NCBI GenBank assembly: GCA_963813615.1
Contig: CAWFAE010000016.1
Location: forward strand, 164,531-228,530
DNA: 64,000 nt
Direction: 5' to 3'
Source of the DNA: an uncultured Actinomycetota bacterium
GTDB lineage: Bacteria > Actinomycetota > Actinomycetes > Propionibacteriales > Nocardioidaceae
In this document: one piece after another, positions 1-11,829 of the stretch
Position numbering within the stretch: position 1 is the first letter of the stretch
Layout: each line of letters opens with the position of its first letter
Notes under the pieces: model-generated
Told to the model about the DNA's origin: nothing
The model's input: only the letters and a program-made list of their open reading frames with translations
The model's database searches: none
Program-made: the position numbers and the translations under genes

Positions 1-1025
1 CGTAGTCGGCCGCCCAGACCGGGATCCGTTCGCCGTTGGCCGGGTTGACCGCGTGCACGCCCAGGAAGACACCGGTCTTCGGCCGCTCGGTCGACATCCG
101 GTCGATCTCGGACTCCTTGCGGACCTGCTCCAGATAGGCGTCGTACGCCGGCCGCTGCTCGTCGGTGACCAGCTCGGCCGCCAGCGGGGCGTCGGGGGCG
201 ACCACCATGAACGTCGTGCCGAACAGCGTGTCCTGACGGGTCGTGTACACGGTCATCGGCTCGTCGCGGCCCTCGACCACGAAGTCGACGTGGGCGCCCT
301 CGGACCGGCCGATCCAGTTGCGCTGCGCGGTCAGCACCCGGTCCGGCCAGGCGGCGTCCAGCGGCTCCATGTCGTCCAGCAGCCGCTGGGCGTAGTCGGT
401 GATCTTGAAGTACCACTGGGTCAGCTCGCGCTTGGTGACCTCGGCCCCGCAGCGCTCGCAGTGGCCGTCGACGACCTGCTCGTTGGCCAGCACCGTCTGG
501 TCGTTCGGGCACCAGTTGACCGGGCTGTTCTTCCGGTAGGCCAGCCCCCGCTCGCGGAACTTCAGGAACAGCCACTGGGTCCAGCGGTAGTAGCTCCGGG
601 TCGCTGGTGTGCAGCCGCCGCGACCAGTCGAAGCTCAGCCCGTAGTTCTTCATCGACTCGTACTGGGTGTCGATGTTGGCGTAGGTGTAGGTCGCCGGGT
701 GCTCGTCGTTGCGGATCGCGGCGTTCTCGGCGGGCAGGCCGAAGGAGTCCCAGCCCATCGGGTTCAGGACCTCGTAGCCGCGGAACCGCCAGTAGCGGGC
801 CATCACGTCGTGCAGCGCGAACACCTCGGCGTGACCCATGTGCAGGTCGCCGCTCGGGTAGGGGAACATCGTCAGCGCGTAGCGCTTCTCGCGCTCGCCG
901 CGGGCCACGACGTCGTCGTCGGCACGGAACGGCTCCAGCCGGTCCCACACCTCGCGCCACTTCTGCTCGGTGGCGTGGACGTCGTACGTCGCGGGCTCGG
1001 TGTCCTGCGTCTGCTGCTCGCTCAT
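1..1025 (-). CDS. leuS: leucine--tRNA ligase, 5' part (runs off window; apparent frameshift near 590)
   Basis: Minus-strand translation from ATG 1025 gives [23 protein letters not shown]...[13 protein letters not shown] (HIGH motif), [39 protein letters not shown]. Confidence 0.95.
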   Translation of the reverse strand, partial: MSEQQTQDTEPATYDVHATEQKWREVWDRLEPFRADDDVVARGEREKRYALTMFPYPSGDLHMGHAEVFALHDVMARYWRFRGYEVLNPMGWDSFGLPAENAAIRNDEHPATYTYANIDTQYESMKNYGLSFDWSRRLHTSDPELLPLDPVAVPEVPRAGAGLPEEQPGQLVPERPDGAGQRAGRRRPLRALRGRGHQARADPVVLQDHRLRPAAAGRHGAAGRRLAGPGADRAAQLDRPVRGRPRRLRGRGPRRADDRVHDPSGHAVRHDVHGGRPRRPAGGRAGHRRAAAGVRRLSGAGPQGVRDRPDVDRAAEDRCLPGRARGQPGQRRTDPGLGGRL

Positions 1026-1058
1026 CTCGTCTCCTCGGATGTCGTCTGCTCCGGGCAC

Positions 1059-1084
1059 AAAAAAGCCCCTCGGGCACGAGGGGC
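1059..1084 (-). terminator. intrinsic terminator of the leuS attenuator
   Basis: Minus strand reads GCCCCTCG-TGCC-CGAGGGGC then TTTTTT, about 35 nt upstream of the leuS start. Confidence 0.85.
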
Positions 1085-1112
1085 AGCCGCGTCGGGTGGT
1101 CCGCCGACGCGG

Positions 1113-1139
1113 CTAGGTAAGGAGCAGGTGCCTCAGCAT
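1113..1139 (-). promoter_or_regulatory. Leu-rich leader peptide MLRHLLLT* (attenuator leader)
   Basis: ATG CTG AGG CAC CTG CTC CTT ACC TAG; the stop overlaps an 11-bp stem (1085-1114) directly before the terminator. Confidence 0.8.
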
Positions 1140-1180
1140 GCGGCCATGGTACCGCCACGGCTCGCCCCTACGATCGCGGC

Positions 1181-1942
1181 ATGACTGTCACCGACATGTT
1201 CCGGCTCGACGGCAAGGTCGCGGTGGTGACCGGCGCCTCGAGCGGGCTCGGCGTCGCCTTCGCCCAGGGGCTCGCCGAGGCGGGGGCCGACCTCGCGCTC
1301 GGCGCCCGCCGGGAGGACCGGCTCAAGGACACCGCCGCGCTCGTCGAGGCCGCCGGCCGGCGCGCGCTCTGCGTGGCCACCGACGTCGCCGACCCGGCTG
1401 CCTGCGACAACCTGGTCGCGCTGGCGATGGAGGAGTTCGGCCGGGTCGACGTACTCGTCAACAACGCCGGCGTCGGCACCGCCGTCCCCGCGACCCGGGA
1501 GACGCCCGAGCAGTTCCGGCAGGTCATCGACGTCAACCTCAACGGCTGCTACTGGATGGCGCAGGCCTGCGGCCGGGTGATGCAGCCCGGCTCGAGCATC
1601 ATCAACATCAGCTCCGTGCTCGGCATCACCACCGCCGGCCTCCCGCAGGCGGCGTACGCCTCCTCGAAGGCCGGGCTGATCGGGATGACCCGCGACCTGG
1701 CCCAGCAGTGGACCGGCCGCAAGGGCATCCGGGTCAACGCGATCGCCCCGGGGTTCTTCGAGTCCGAGATGACCGACCAGTACCCGCCCGGCTACCTGGA
1801 GTCCCAGGGCCCGCGGATCCCGGTCGGCCGCAAGGGCGACCCCGCCGAGCTCGCCGCGGCCGTGGTCTTCCTCGCCTCCGCCGCCGCCGGCTACATCACC
1901 GGCCAGACCCTCCCCGTCGACGGCGGCATGACGATCACCTGA
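1181..1942 (+). CDS. short-chain dehydrogenase/reductase (SDR)
   Basis: TGASSGLG, NNAG and YASSK motifs; intact 253-aa ORF. Confidence 0.92.
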   Translation: MTVTDMFRLDGKVAVVTGASSGLGVAFAQGLAEAGADLALGARREDRLKDTAALVEAAGRRALCVATDVADPAACDNLVALAMEEFGRVDVLVNNAGVGTAVPATRETPEQFRQVIDVNLNGCYWMAQACGRVMQPGSSIINISSVLGITTAGLPQAAYASSKAGLIGMTRDLAQQWTGRKGIRVNAIAPGFFESEMTDQYPPGYLESQGPRIPVGRKGDPAELAAAVVFLASAAAGYITGQTLPVDGGMTIT

Positions 1943-1995
1943 CTCGGCTGACCCGGGTGACACCCGGCTGATCGGGAGCGCGGCCGGGTCGCTAG

Positions 1996-3476
<1,481 letters not shown>

Positions 3477-3484
<8 letters not shown>

Positions 3485-4849
3485 GAGGGAAGCCGCCCTC
3501 GAGCGTGCCCACGAGCACGCCGTCGCGCTGGCTGGCCTCGCTGGCCGACCGCCCGGTGCCGCCGCAGGCGTCCGTCGACGAGGTGGTCGCGAGGCTCGGC
3601 ACCGAGCTGCCGGACGGGCCGAGCGATCCCGGCGAGGTCATCGACCTGCTGGCCGCGGCCTGCGAACCCGGGTCTGACGGCGATGCCGTCCGGGCGGTTC
3701 TTCGGCTTGGTGATCGGCGGCAGCCACCCGGCCGCGCTGGCCGCCGACTGGCTGACCAGCGCGTGGGACCAGAACGCGGGCATGCGGGACGTGACGCCGG
3801 CGTACTGCGGCGGTCGAGGACGTCGCCAGCGCCTGGCTGCTCGACCTGCTGGGGCTGCCCGCGGGCAGCGGCGTCGGCTTCGCCACCGGGGCGACGATGG
3901 CCAACTTCACCTGCCTGGCCGCCGGCCCGCGGACGAGGTGCTTCGCCGGGTCGGCTGGGACGTCGGCCAGCACGGGCTGACCGGAGCGCCGCGGGTGCGG
4001 GTGCTCGTCGGCGCGGAGCGGCACGACACCGTCGACCTCGCGCTGCGCTACCTGGGCCTCGGCGCGCCCGAGGTCGTCGCCGCCGACGACCAGGGCCGCA
4101 TCGGTCCCGGCGCGCTGGCCGACCGCACTCGAGCAGCGGCTCGGACGGCCCGACGATCGTGCTGCTGCAGGCCGGCAACGTGCACTCCGGCGGCTTCGAC
4201 CCCTTCGCCGAGGCGATCGAGGTGGCGCACCGGCACGGCGCCTGGGTGCACGTCGACGGCGCCTTCGGGCTGTTCGCCGCAGCATCGCCGCGACATCGGC
4301 ACCTGGTCGCCGGGTTCGAGGCGCGCCGACTCCTGGGCGACCGACGCGCACAAGACGCTCAACGTTCCCTACGACTGCGGGATCGCGATCGTCGCGGACC
4401 CGGCGGCGCTGCGCGCGCGATGGGCATGCACGGCGACTACCTGATCCAGAGCGACGGCGGGCGACCCGTTCGAGAAGGTGCCCGAGCTGTCCCGCCGCGG
4501 CCGCGCCTTCCCGGTGTGGGCGGTGCTGCGCTCGCTGGGGCGGTCCGGCGTCGCGGAGCTGGTCGACGGCTTCTGCCGGCACGCCGCCGCGTTCGCCGAG
4601 GGCATCTCGACCATCGACGGGGCCGAGGTCCTCAACGACGTCGTCTTCACCCAGGTGTGCGCGTCGTTCGGCAGCGACGAGCGCACCCAGGAGGTCGTAC
4701 GGCGGATGCTCGCCGACGGCACCGCCTGGATGTCCGGCTCGCGCTGGCACGACCGCGCGGTGCTGCGCATCTCGGTCAGCAACTGGTCGACGACGGATGA
4801 CGACGTACGACGCAGCATCGACGCGCTGCGGCGGGCCGCCGACTTCTGA
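3477..4849 (+). CDS. PLP-dependent decarboxylase, group II (frameshifted)
   Basis: HPAALAADWLTSAWDQN, WVHVDGAFGL, DSWATDAHKTLNVPYDCG, ELSRRGR. Confidence 0.85.
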
Positions 4850-4854
4850 CGGCC

Positions 4855-6540
4855 TCAGGCGCCGTCCGGCAGCGCCCGCTCGAGGATCGCGCCGACGTCG
4901 GTGCCGCCCGGCAGCGTGCCGAACGCGAAGCCGCCAGTCGCCGCCGAGCCGGCTCGCGCAGAACGCGTCGGCGACGGCGGCGGGCGCGTGCCGGACCAGC
5001 AGCGAGCCCTGCAGCGCCAGCGCCATCAGCTCGACCAGCCGCCGGGCCCGCAGCTCGATCTGCTCCAGGTCGGCCGAGCTCGGCGTGCGAGCCGGTCGAC
5101 CGCCGCGTCCAGCCGGCGGTCGGCGCCCGCGCGCCCGGCCGAGCTCGGCTCAGCAGCGCGTCGGCGGTGCCGGGCTCGCGGCCCAGCGCGCGCAGCACGT
5201 CGAGCGCGTTGACGTTGCCCGAGCCCTCCCAGATCGAGTTCAGCGGCGCCTCGCGGTAGAGGCGCGGCATGCCGGAGTCCTCGACGTACCCGTTGCCGCC
5301 GAGGCACTCCAGCGCCTCGGCGGCGAAGCGCCGGGCCGCGCTTGGTGACCCAGTACTTGCCGACCGCGGTGGCGATCCGGCGGAACGCCTGCTCGTCCGT
5401 CGTCGCCGCGGATCGCCCGGTCGGCCGCGCCGGCCAGCCGCAGGCCGAGCGTCGGTCGCGGCCTCGGACTCGAGCGCCAGGTCGGCGAGCACGTTGCGCA
5501 TCAGCGGCTGGTCGATCAGCAGCGCGCCGAAGGCGGTGCGGTGCTTCGCGTGGTGGCCGGCCTCGACCAGCGCCTTGCGCATCAGCGCCGCCGAGCCGAC
5601 CGACGCAGTCGAGCCGGGTGCAGTTGACCATCTCGATGATCGTCTTGACGCCGCGGCCCTCCTCGCCGACCAGCCAGGCGACGGTGCCGTCGAACTCCGG
5701 CTCGGAGGAGGCGTTGGACCGGTTGCCGAGCTTGTCCTTCAGCCGCTGGATGCGGAACGGTGTTGCGGGTGCCGTCGGGCAGGACCCGCGGCACCAGGAA
5801 GCAGGACAGGCCGCCGGGCGCCTGGGCCAGCACCAGGAACAGGTCGCACATCGGCGCGGACGTGAACCACTTGTGCCCGCGCAGCGTGTAGACGCCGTCC
5901 TCGGCGGTCGGGGTGGCGACCGTGCGTGTTGGCGCGGACGTCGGAGCCGCCCTGCTTCTCGGTCATCGCCCATGCCGGCGAGCAGGCCGCGCTTGGTGGT
6001 CGGCACCCGCAGGCCCGGGTCGTAGACCCGGCTGGTCAGCAGCGGCTCGTACGTCGCGGCCAGGTCGGGCTGGTGGCGCAGCGCCGGGACGACGGCGTAC
6101 GTCATCGAGATCGGGCAGCCGTGCCCGGCCTCGGTGTGGCCCCACACCAGTCGAGCCCGCGGCCCGCGCGACGTGCGCGCCGGGCCGGTCGTCGGCCCAC
6201 GGCGGCGCCGCGCCAGCCCTCGGCGACCGCGACCTGCATCAGGTGGTGCCAGCGACGGGTGGAACTCGACCTCGTCGATGCGGTTGCCGTAGCGGTCGTG
6301 CGGTGCGCAGCACCGGCTCGTAGCCGGTTGGCCTCCTCGGCCCACTGCTGCGCCTCGGCGCCGCCGGCGAGCCGGCCGAGCCGTGCGGAGGTCCTCCTCG
6401 GCCCAGCCGGCGCCCTCGCGGCGCAGGCCCTCGAGCAGCGCCGGTCGTCGGCGGCGTCGTACGGCGCGAGCGGCGGCGGCTGGTTGGTGACCTCGTGCGT
6501 GGCGGAGCCGGTGCGTGCTGAGCGTGGAGTCGAGGGCCAT
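4855..6540 (-). CDS. AidB-like acyl-CoA dehydrogenase (frameshifted)
   Basis: GHGCPISMTYA, MTEKQGGSDVRANT, RLKDKLGNRSNASSE, EALECLGGNGYVE, RLYREAPLNSIWEGSGNV. Confidence 0.88.
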
Positions 6541-6583
6541 GTCGCCAGTATTGCGAATCTTCGACAGATGTTTCAATAGTGCA

Positions 6584-7317
6584 ATGACGACGGTCATCTC
6601 GCCCTGCGGCCGCTCAGCGCCCGGTCGGTCGTGCTCAGCCTGCTGCTCGGCGCCCACCCGCGCCGAGCTCTCGGCGGCCGCGACTGGTGCGCGCGGGCGA
6701 GCCTCTTCGAGGGTCGCCGAGACCACCCTGCGGGCCGCGCTCAGCCGGATGGTGGCGGCGGGCGACCTGGTCCGGGACGGCAGCACCTACCGCCTCAGCG
6801 AGCGGCTGCTCGAGCGTCAGCGCCGCCAGGACGCCGCCCTCGACCCCGCGACGACCGCCTGGGACGGCGCCTGGGAGCAGGTCGTGATCACCTCGTCGGG
6901 CCGCGAGCGCCGCGGACCGCGCCGAACTGCGCGCCACGCTGACCGCCCTGCGGCTCGCCGAGCTGCGCGAGGGCGTCTGGCTGCGCCCCGCCAACCTGGC
7001 CCGGCCGCTGCCCTCGTGGCCCGCCGACCTGATCGCCACGTTCAGGGCGACACCCGACGAGGAGCGCCGTCGCTCTGTCTCGCCGGCTCTGGGACGTCGA
7101 CGGGTGGGCCGCCCACGGGCGGGCGCTGCTCGCCGGGCTCGCGGGCGCCGACAGCGCCCGAGACCGACTCACGCTCAGCGCCGCCGTCGTACGACACCTT
7201 CTGCGGGACCCCGCCCTGCCCGAGGAGCTGATCCCGGAAGCCTGGCCGTCCGTTTCGTTGCGCGAGATGTACGCCGGATATCAGGCAGAGCTGATCGCGA
7301 CGACCCGAGGCAGTTAG
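6584..7317 (+). CDS. PaaX-like transcriptional regulator (frameshifted)
   Basis: LRPLSARSVVLSLLLGAHP, TLRAALSRMVAAGDL, LAELREGVWLRPANL, HLLRDPALPEELIP; divergent from the AidB-like gene. Confidence 0.78.
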
Positions 7318-7369
7318 GCAGGCTGCGCCTTCCTGCGGACCAGCTCCATCGCGACGAAGCCGGTGGGTC

Positions 7370-8443
7370 CCTGCTGGTCACCCTGGCGTTGAAGGTCAAC
7401 TCGCTCGTCGGGATCGATCAGGCGCCGAACAGCCTGGCGCTGGTCGCCGGGGTCGGCGCCCTGGTGGCGATGGTCGGCAACCCGTTCTTCGGCAGGCTGA
7501 GCGACCGCACCTCGTCGCGGCTGGGCATGCGGCGGCCGTGGATGGTGATCGGCCTGGTCGGCGGTTCGCTCGGCATCCTCGTCGTCGCGGTGGCGCCGAA
7601 CATCGCGGTCGTCCTCGTCGGGTGGTGCGTCGCCCAGCTGTTCTTCAACGCGCTGCTCGCCGCCCAGGTGGCGGTGCTGCCGGACCAGGTCCCGGCCGCG
7701 CAACGCGGCGTGGTCTCCGGCGTCCTGGGCGTCTGCCTGCCGTCGCGTCGGTGAGCGGCACCTTCCTGGTCAAGCTGTTCACCGGCAACCAGCTCGCGAT
7801 GTTCCTGGCCCCGTGCGCGATCGGCGGGTTCTTCATCCTGCTGTTCGCGGTCACGCTGAACGATCGCCGGCTGGCCAGGCGGACAAGCCGGCCTGGTCGC
7901 TGCGCGAGTTCGCCGGCACGTTCTACGTCAACCCGCGCAAGAGCCCGGACTTCGCCTGGGCCTTCGCCAGCCGGTTCCTGTTCGTGCTGGCGTACGCCTT
8001 CCTGGTCACCTACCAGGCCTACTACCTGCTCGACAAGATCGGCAGCGCCGAGGCGGACGTGCCGCAGCAGATCTTCCTCGGCACGCTCGTCCAGTCCGTC
8101 GTCGTCGTCGCCGCGTCCCTGATCGGCGGCCGGCTCTCCGACCGGACGGGCCGGCGGAAGGTCTTCGTGCTCGACCGCGGCGATCGTGTACGGCCTGGCG
8201 CTGTTCGTGATCGCCGTCGCCAGCGACTTCAACGGCTTCCTCGTCGGCATGGCCATCGGCGGGCTCGGCTTCGGCATGTACATGGCCGTCGACCTCGCGC
8301 TCGTCGCCGACGTGCTGCCGGACACGGACAACGTCGCCAAGGACCTCGGCGTGTTCAACATCGCCGGCGCGCTGCCCTTCTCCATCGCGCCGGCGATCGC
8401 GCCGGCCATCCTGGCGCTCGGCGGCGGCGCGAGGGCGCTCTAA
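7370..8443 (+). pseudogene. MFS transporter, apparently truncated at both ends
   Basis: GRLSDRTSSRLGMRRPW and GRLSDRTGRRK (MFS motif A), KDLGVFNIAGALP; no start or TM1 visible; stops right after LALGGG. Confidence 0.6.
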
Positions 8444-8462
8444 CGCGCTCACATACCGGTGG

Positions 8463-10089
8463 TCATGCGCGATGCCGCAGGTCCGTCGCATCCGCCCGGC
8501 GTGTGCGGAGCAGCTTGAGCGCCAGCTCGGCGCTGGCCCGGTAGTCGACCTTGCTGACCGGCGGTCCGCGGCACCTGGGGCACGAAGAAGATCTGCTTGG
8601 GCACCTTGTAGTTGGAGATCAGCGACCGGGCGTGAGTCGCGCAGGTCGTCCTCGGTCGACCTCGGAGCCGTCGCGGCGCTGGACCAGCGCGGTGACCTGC
8701 TGGCCCCAGCGCTCGTGCGGGGTGCCGACCACGGCCGCGTCGAAGACGTCGTCGTGGCGCAGCAGGACCGCCTCGACCTCCTCGGGGTGGACCTTCTCGC
8801 CGCCGGTGTTGATGCACACCGAGCCGCGGCCGAGGACGGTCACGAGCCGTCCTCCTCGCGGCGGGCGAAGTCGCCGGGGATCGACCAGCGCACGCCGTCG
8901 ACCTCCTTGAACGTCGCCGCGGTCTTCACCGGGTCCTTGTAGTAGCCCAGCGGGATCGGGCCGGTGCGGCCGAGCATCCCGTCGACACCCGGCGGGCACG
9001 GCCTCATGTCGGCGTCGAAGACCTCGACGTCGTCGCCGGCGCGCGAACTTCGGCGCGCCGACCGGCGCCCTCGGTGCCGTCGTCGATCCGGGACGCCGTC
9101 GCGCCGGACTCCGAGGCGCCGTAGGAGTCGAGGATGAAGCGGCCGGGCAGCGCCTTCCGGATCTCCGCGCGCACGCCCTCGGACAGCGGCGCCGCGCCGT
9201 TGGACACCGCGGCCAGGCTGGACAGGTCCCAGCGGTCCGGCTCGGCGAGGATCGCCTCGGCGACCGGGCGGCCCATCGCGTCGCCGAGGAAGGTCAGCGA
9301 GTTCACGCCCGGCCTTCTGCACCAGGTCGAGGACCGTGCTCGGCGTAGAAGCTCGGCTCGGTGTAGAGCGCCACGGTGTACCCGGAGACGTGGCCGTTGC
9401 CCATGATCCACTGGCTGCCGCCGTGCATCATCGGGCCGCAGGCGAGCAGCACCATCGGGCGTCTCGTTGGCCGCGGCCTCCGTCGGCCAGCTGCTCGACC
9501 GAGTCGATCGGCGCGCCGAACCGGCTGGCGTTCAGCGCCGCCCGGATGATGTCCTCGTTGCGCCAGACGACGCCCTTCGGGCTGCCCGTGGTGCCGCCGG
9601 TGTAGAGCACGTAGTGGTCGTCGGCGCTGCGGCCCGCGAGCCGCTCGGTCGACGCGGCGGCCAGCGCGGCGTCGTACTCCTCGCCCAGCACGAGCACGTG
9701 CTCGCAGCGTCGGGCAGGTCGAGCGCCGGCGACCGCGTCGACGTGCTCCGGCGCGACGATCGCGGCCACGCAGTCGGCGTTGTCGTAGAGGTAGGCCAGC
9801 TCGTCGTGCAGGTACTTGTAGTTGATGTTGATCGGCACCGCCCGCGCCTTGAGGCAGCCGTAGAAGGCGTCGACCCACTCGATCCGGTTGGCCGAGTGGA
9901 CGGCCACGTGGTCGCCCGGCCCGACGCCGAGCGAGACCAGGTGGTTGGCCAGCCGGGTCGAGCGCTCGTCGATCTCCGCGTAGCGTGTAGTCGCGGTCGA
10001 TGGTGACGACGGCGACGCCGGTCGGGGACGGCGTCGGCCATCGCCTCGAGGACGTCGGCGAGGTTGACGGGGCGGGGCGCGGTGGTCAC
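8463..10089 (-). CDS. acyl-CoA synthetase, FadD19-like (frameshifted)
   Basis: RSADDHYVLYTGGTTGSPKGVVWRNEDI, DSYGASESG, IPLGYYKDPVKTA, LGRGSVCINTGGEKVHPEEVE, NYKVPK. Confidence 0.87.
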
Positions 10090-10107
10090 GGCCCACACCC
10101 TCTCAAC

Positions 10108-10121
10108 TGAAACGTGTTCTA
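10108..10121. promoter_or_regulatory. KstR-type operator
   Basis: TGAAACGTGTTCTA matches TnnAACnnGTTnnA exactly, about 19 bp upstream of the FadD19-like start. Confidence 0.7.
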
Positions 10122-10166
10122 GCCAAGAGGTGAGCGCCGGTCGGGTCACAGGAGTAGAACTGGCAG

Positions 10167-10838
10167 ATGGCCAGTTACGTCCGGAGGTACCTGCGGGTCT
10201 ACCTGCTGGACGACCACGACCTCGTCAGGAAGGGTTTGGCCGACCTGCTGATGCCGGCCACGGACATCGACGTCGTCGGCAACTCCGGCTCCGCCCGAGA
10301 CGCCGTGCGAGCCATTCCTGATCTCGAGGTCGATGTGATGGTGCTGGACCTGCGACTGCAGGACGGCACCGGCGTCGAGGTCTGCCGGGCAATGAGGTCG
10401 GTCGACCCGTCGATCACCGGGCTGCTGCTCACCTCGTCCGATGACGACGAGGCCTTGGTCGCAGCGATGCTGGCCGGGGCCGCGGGGTACGTCATCAAGC
10501 TGGCGCCCAACTCGGACATCATCGCCGCGATCCGAAGAGTCGGCGCCGGCAAGTCGCTGATCGATCCGGCCGCGGCTGAGCGGGTGAGCCAAGAGCTCCT
10601 GGCGAGCGAGCTGCGCCCCCCACTGGTCGACGACGAGCGCGAGGTTCTCACCCATGTCCTCGGCGGGCTCACCGACGCCCAGATCGCCGAGCGGATGGGG
10701 ATCTCCGCTGAGCGCGCGTCGCCGGAGATCACCAGCCTGGTGGCGAGAATCTTCCATCCCGGCAACGGGGACGGACCTGCCCACGAGCCAACGACTCCCG
10801 GCAGGCACCGCCGCCCTGACAGCGAACAGGACTCCTGA
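10167..10838 (+). CDS. NarL/DevR-like response regulator (orphan)
   Basis: VYLLDDHDLVRKGL, VMVLDLRLQDG, AGAAGYVIK; C-terminal LuxR-type HTH. Confidence 0.85.
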   Translation: MASYVRRYLRVYLLDDHDLVRKGLADLLMPATDIDVVGNSGSARDAVRAIPDLEVDVMVLDLRLQDGTGVEVCRAMRSVDPSITGLLLTSSDDDEALVAAMLAGAAGYVIKLAPNSDIIAAIRRVGAGKSLIDPAAAERVSQELLASELRPPLVDDEREVLTHVLGGLTDAQIAERMGISAERASPEITSLVARIFHPGNGDGPAHEPTTPGRHRRPDSEQDS

Positions 10839-10851
10839 CTGCCGGCGGAGC

Positions 10852-11425
10852 TCAGCCCACGCCGACCCAGGGACCGAACTTCCGCTTTCCGGGCGCCCAG
10901 TCTCCGTGCCCGCCGAAGACCGTGACCGTGTGCACGCTCACCCGAAGCCTCGCCGGGAAGGTTCCCGGCCTTGCTCCGCAGGCTCCCGCGAGGGATCCGG
11001 AACCGGTACTGCTGCGTCTCGTGGTCGTAGTGCAACCGGCCGGAGCGGCTGGTGGCCTTGCCGAACTTGCCGAACTTCTCGGAGCGGTACACCCGGAACC
11101 AGTCGCCGTAGTCCGTGTTCGTCTGGACCACGAACTCGGGACCGGGGTTCTTGAGGATGGTGTCGATCCAGTACTCGTCGAAGTCACCAAGGAACGCGCC
11201 CTTGTGGGGTGTCGCCTTGATGTAGACCCAGTCCTTGCCGTGCCCGATCCGGACCCGTTTCACGTCGCCGATGTCGTTCGGCCCGCCGCCGTTGTCGTCC
11301 CCGTCATTGGCCTTGTCGTGGATGTAGCGCACCTCGGCGGAGGCCGGCTGTTGCGCCACCGCGATGCTGCCCACCCCCGCGAGTGTTGCCGCCAGTGTGG
11401 CCACAGCCATCCGCCGCTTGCTCAT
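10852..11425 (-). CDS. secreted hypothetical protein (one frameshift)
   Basis: Signal peptide MSKRRMAVATLAATLAGVGSIAVAQQPASA; GGAG RBS; host-like codon usage. Confidence 0.65.
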
Positions 11426-11467
11426 GTCTCTCCTTGGGCTCTGGGGCACGCCCGACGCCCCGGCTAC

Positions 11468-11670
11468 CCCTCTGCATGATCGCCCAGATTGACAGAAGCC
11501 GCTACCAGCTGCGCCGGACGCAAAACCGATGCCGCAAGGCCGGTTCATTCCGTGGAGCTGAGGGGACTCGAACCCCTGACCCTCTGCATGCCATCGCCCA
11601 GAATGACAGACCGCTACCAGCTGCGCCGGCCAAAACGACGGAAACCGGGCCGCAGGCCCGGTCTCAATCC
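11468..11670 (-). repeat. two degenerate ~120-bp tandem units containing tRNA-Ala-derived sequence
   Basis: 11552-11594 is identical to the tRNA 3' half; CGCTACCAGCTGCGCC (D-arm) recurs near 11500 and 11612; each unit carries a GC hairpin. Confidence 0.7.
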
Positions 11671-11671
11671 G

Positions 11672-11744
11672 TGGAGCTGAGGGGACTCGAACCCCTGACC
11701 CTCTGCATGCCATGCAGATGCGCTACCAGCTGCGCCACAGCCCC
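11672..11744 (-). tRNA. tRNA-Ala (GGC)
   Basis: GGGGCTGTGGCGCAGCTGGTAGCGCATCTGCATGGCATGCAGAGGGTCAGGGGTTCGAGTCCCCTCAGCTCCA; cloverleaf, G3:U70 pair, anticodon GGC. Confidence 0.96.
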
Positions 11745-11829
11745 GTCGCTTGTTGCCCGGCGACTGCTGGGCAACTCGCGGAATCTTAGCCAACCGATGG
11801 GGGCGAGGCGAAATCGGCCGTGTCGTCGG

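Noticed and set aside
11552-11594. attL/attR of a prophage or ICE at tRNA-Ala
   Set aside because: The duplicate lies only about 120 bp from the tRNA and the window has no integrase or phage genes; kept only as a possible scar
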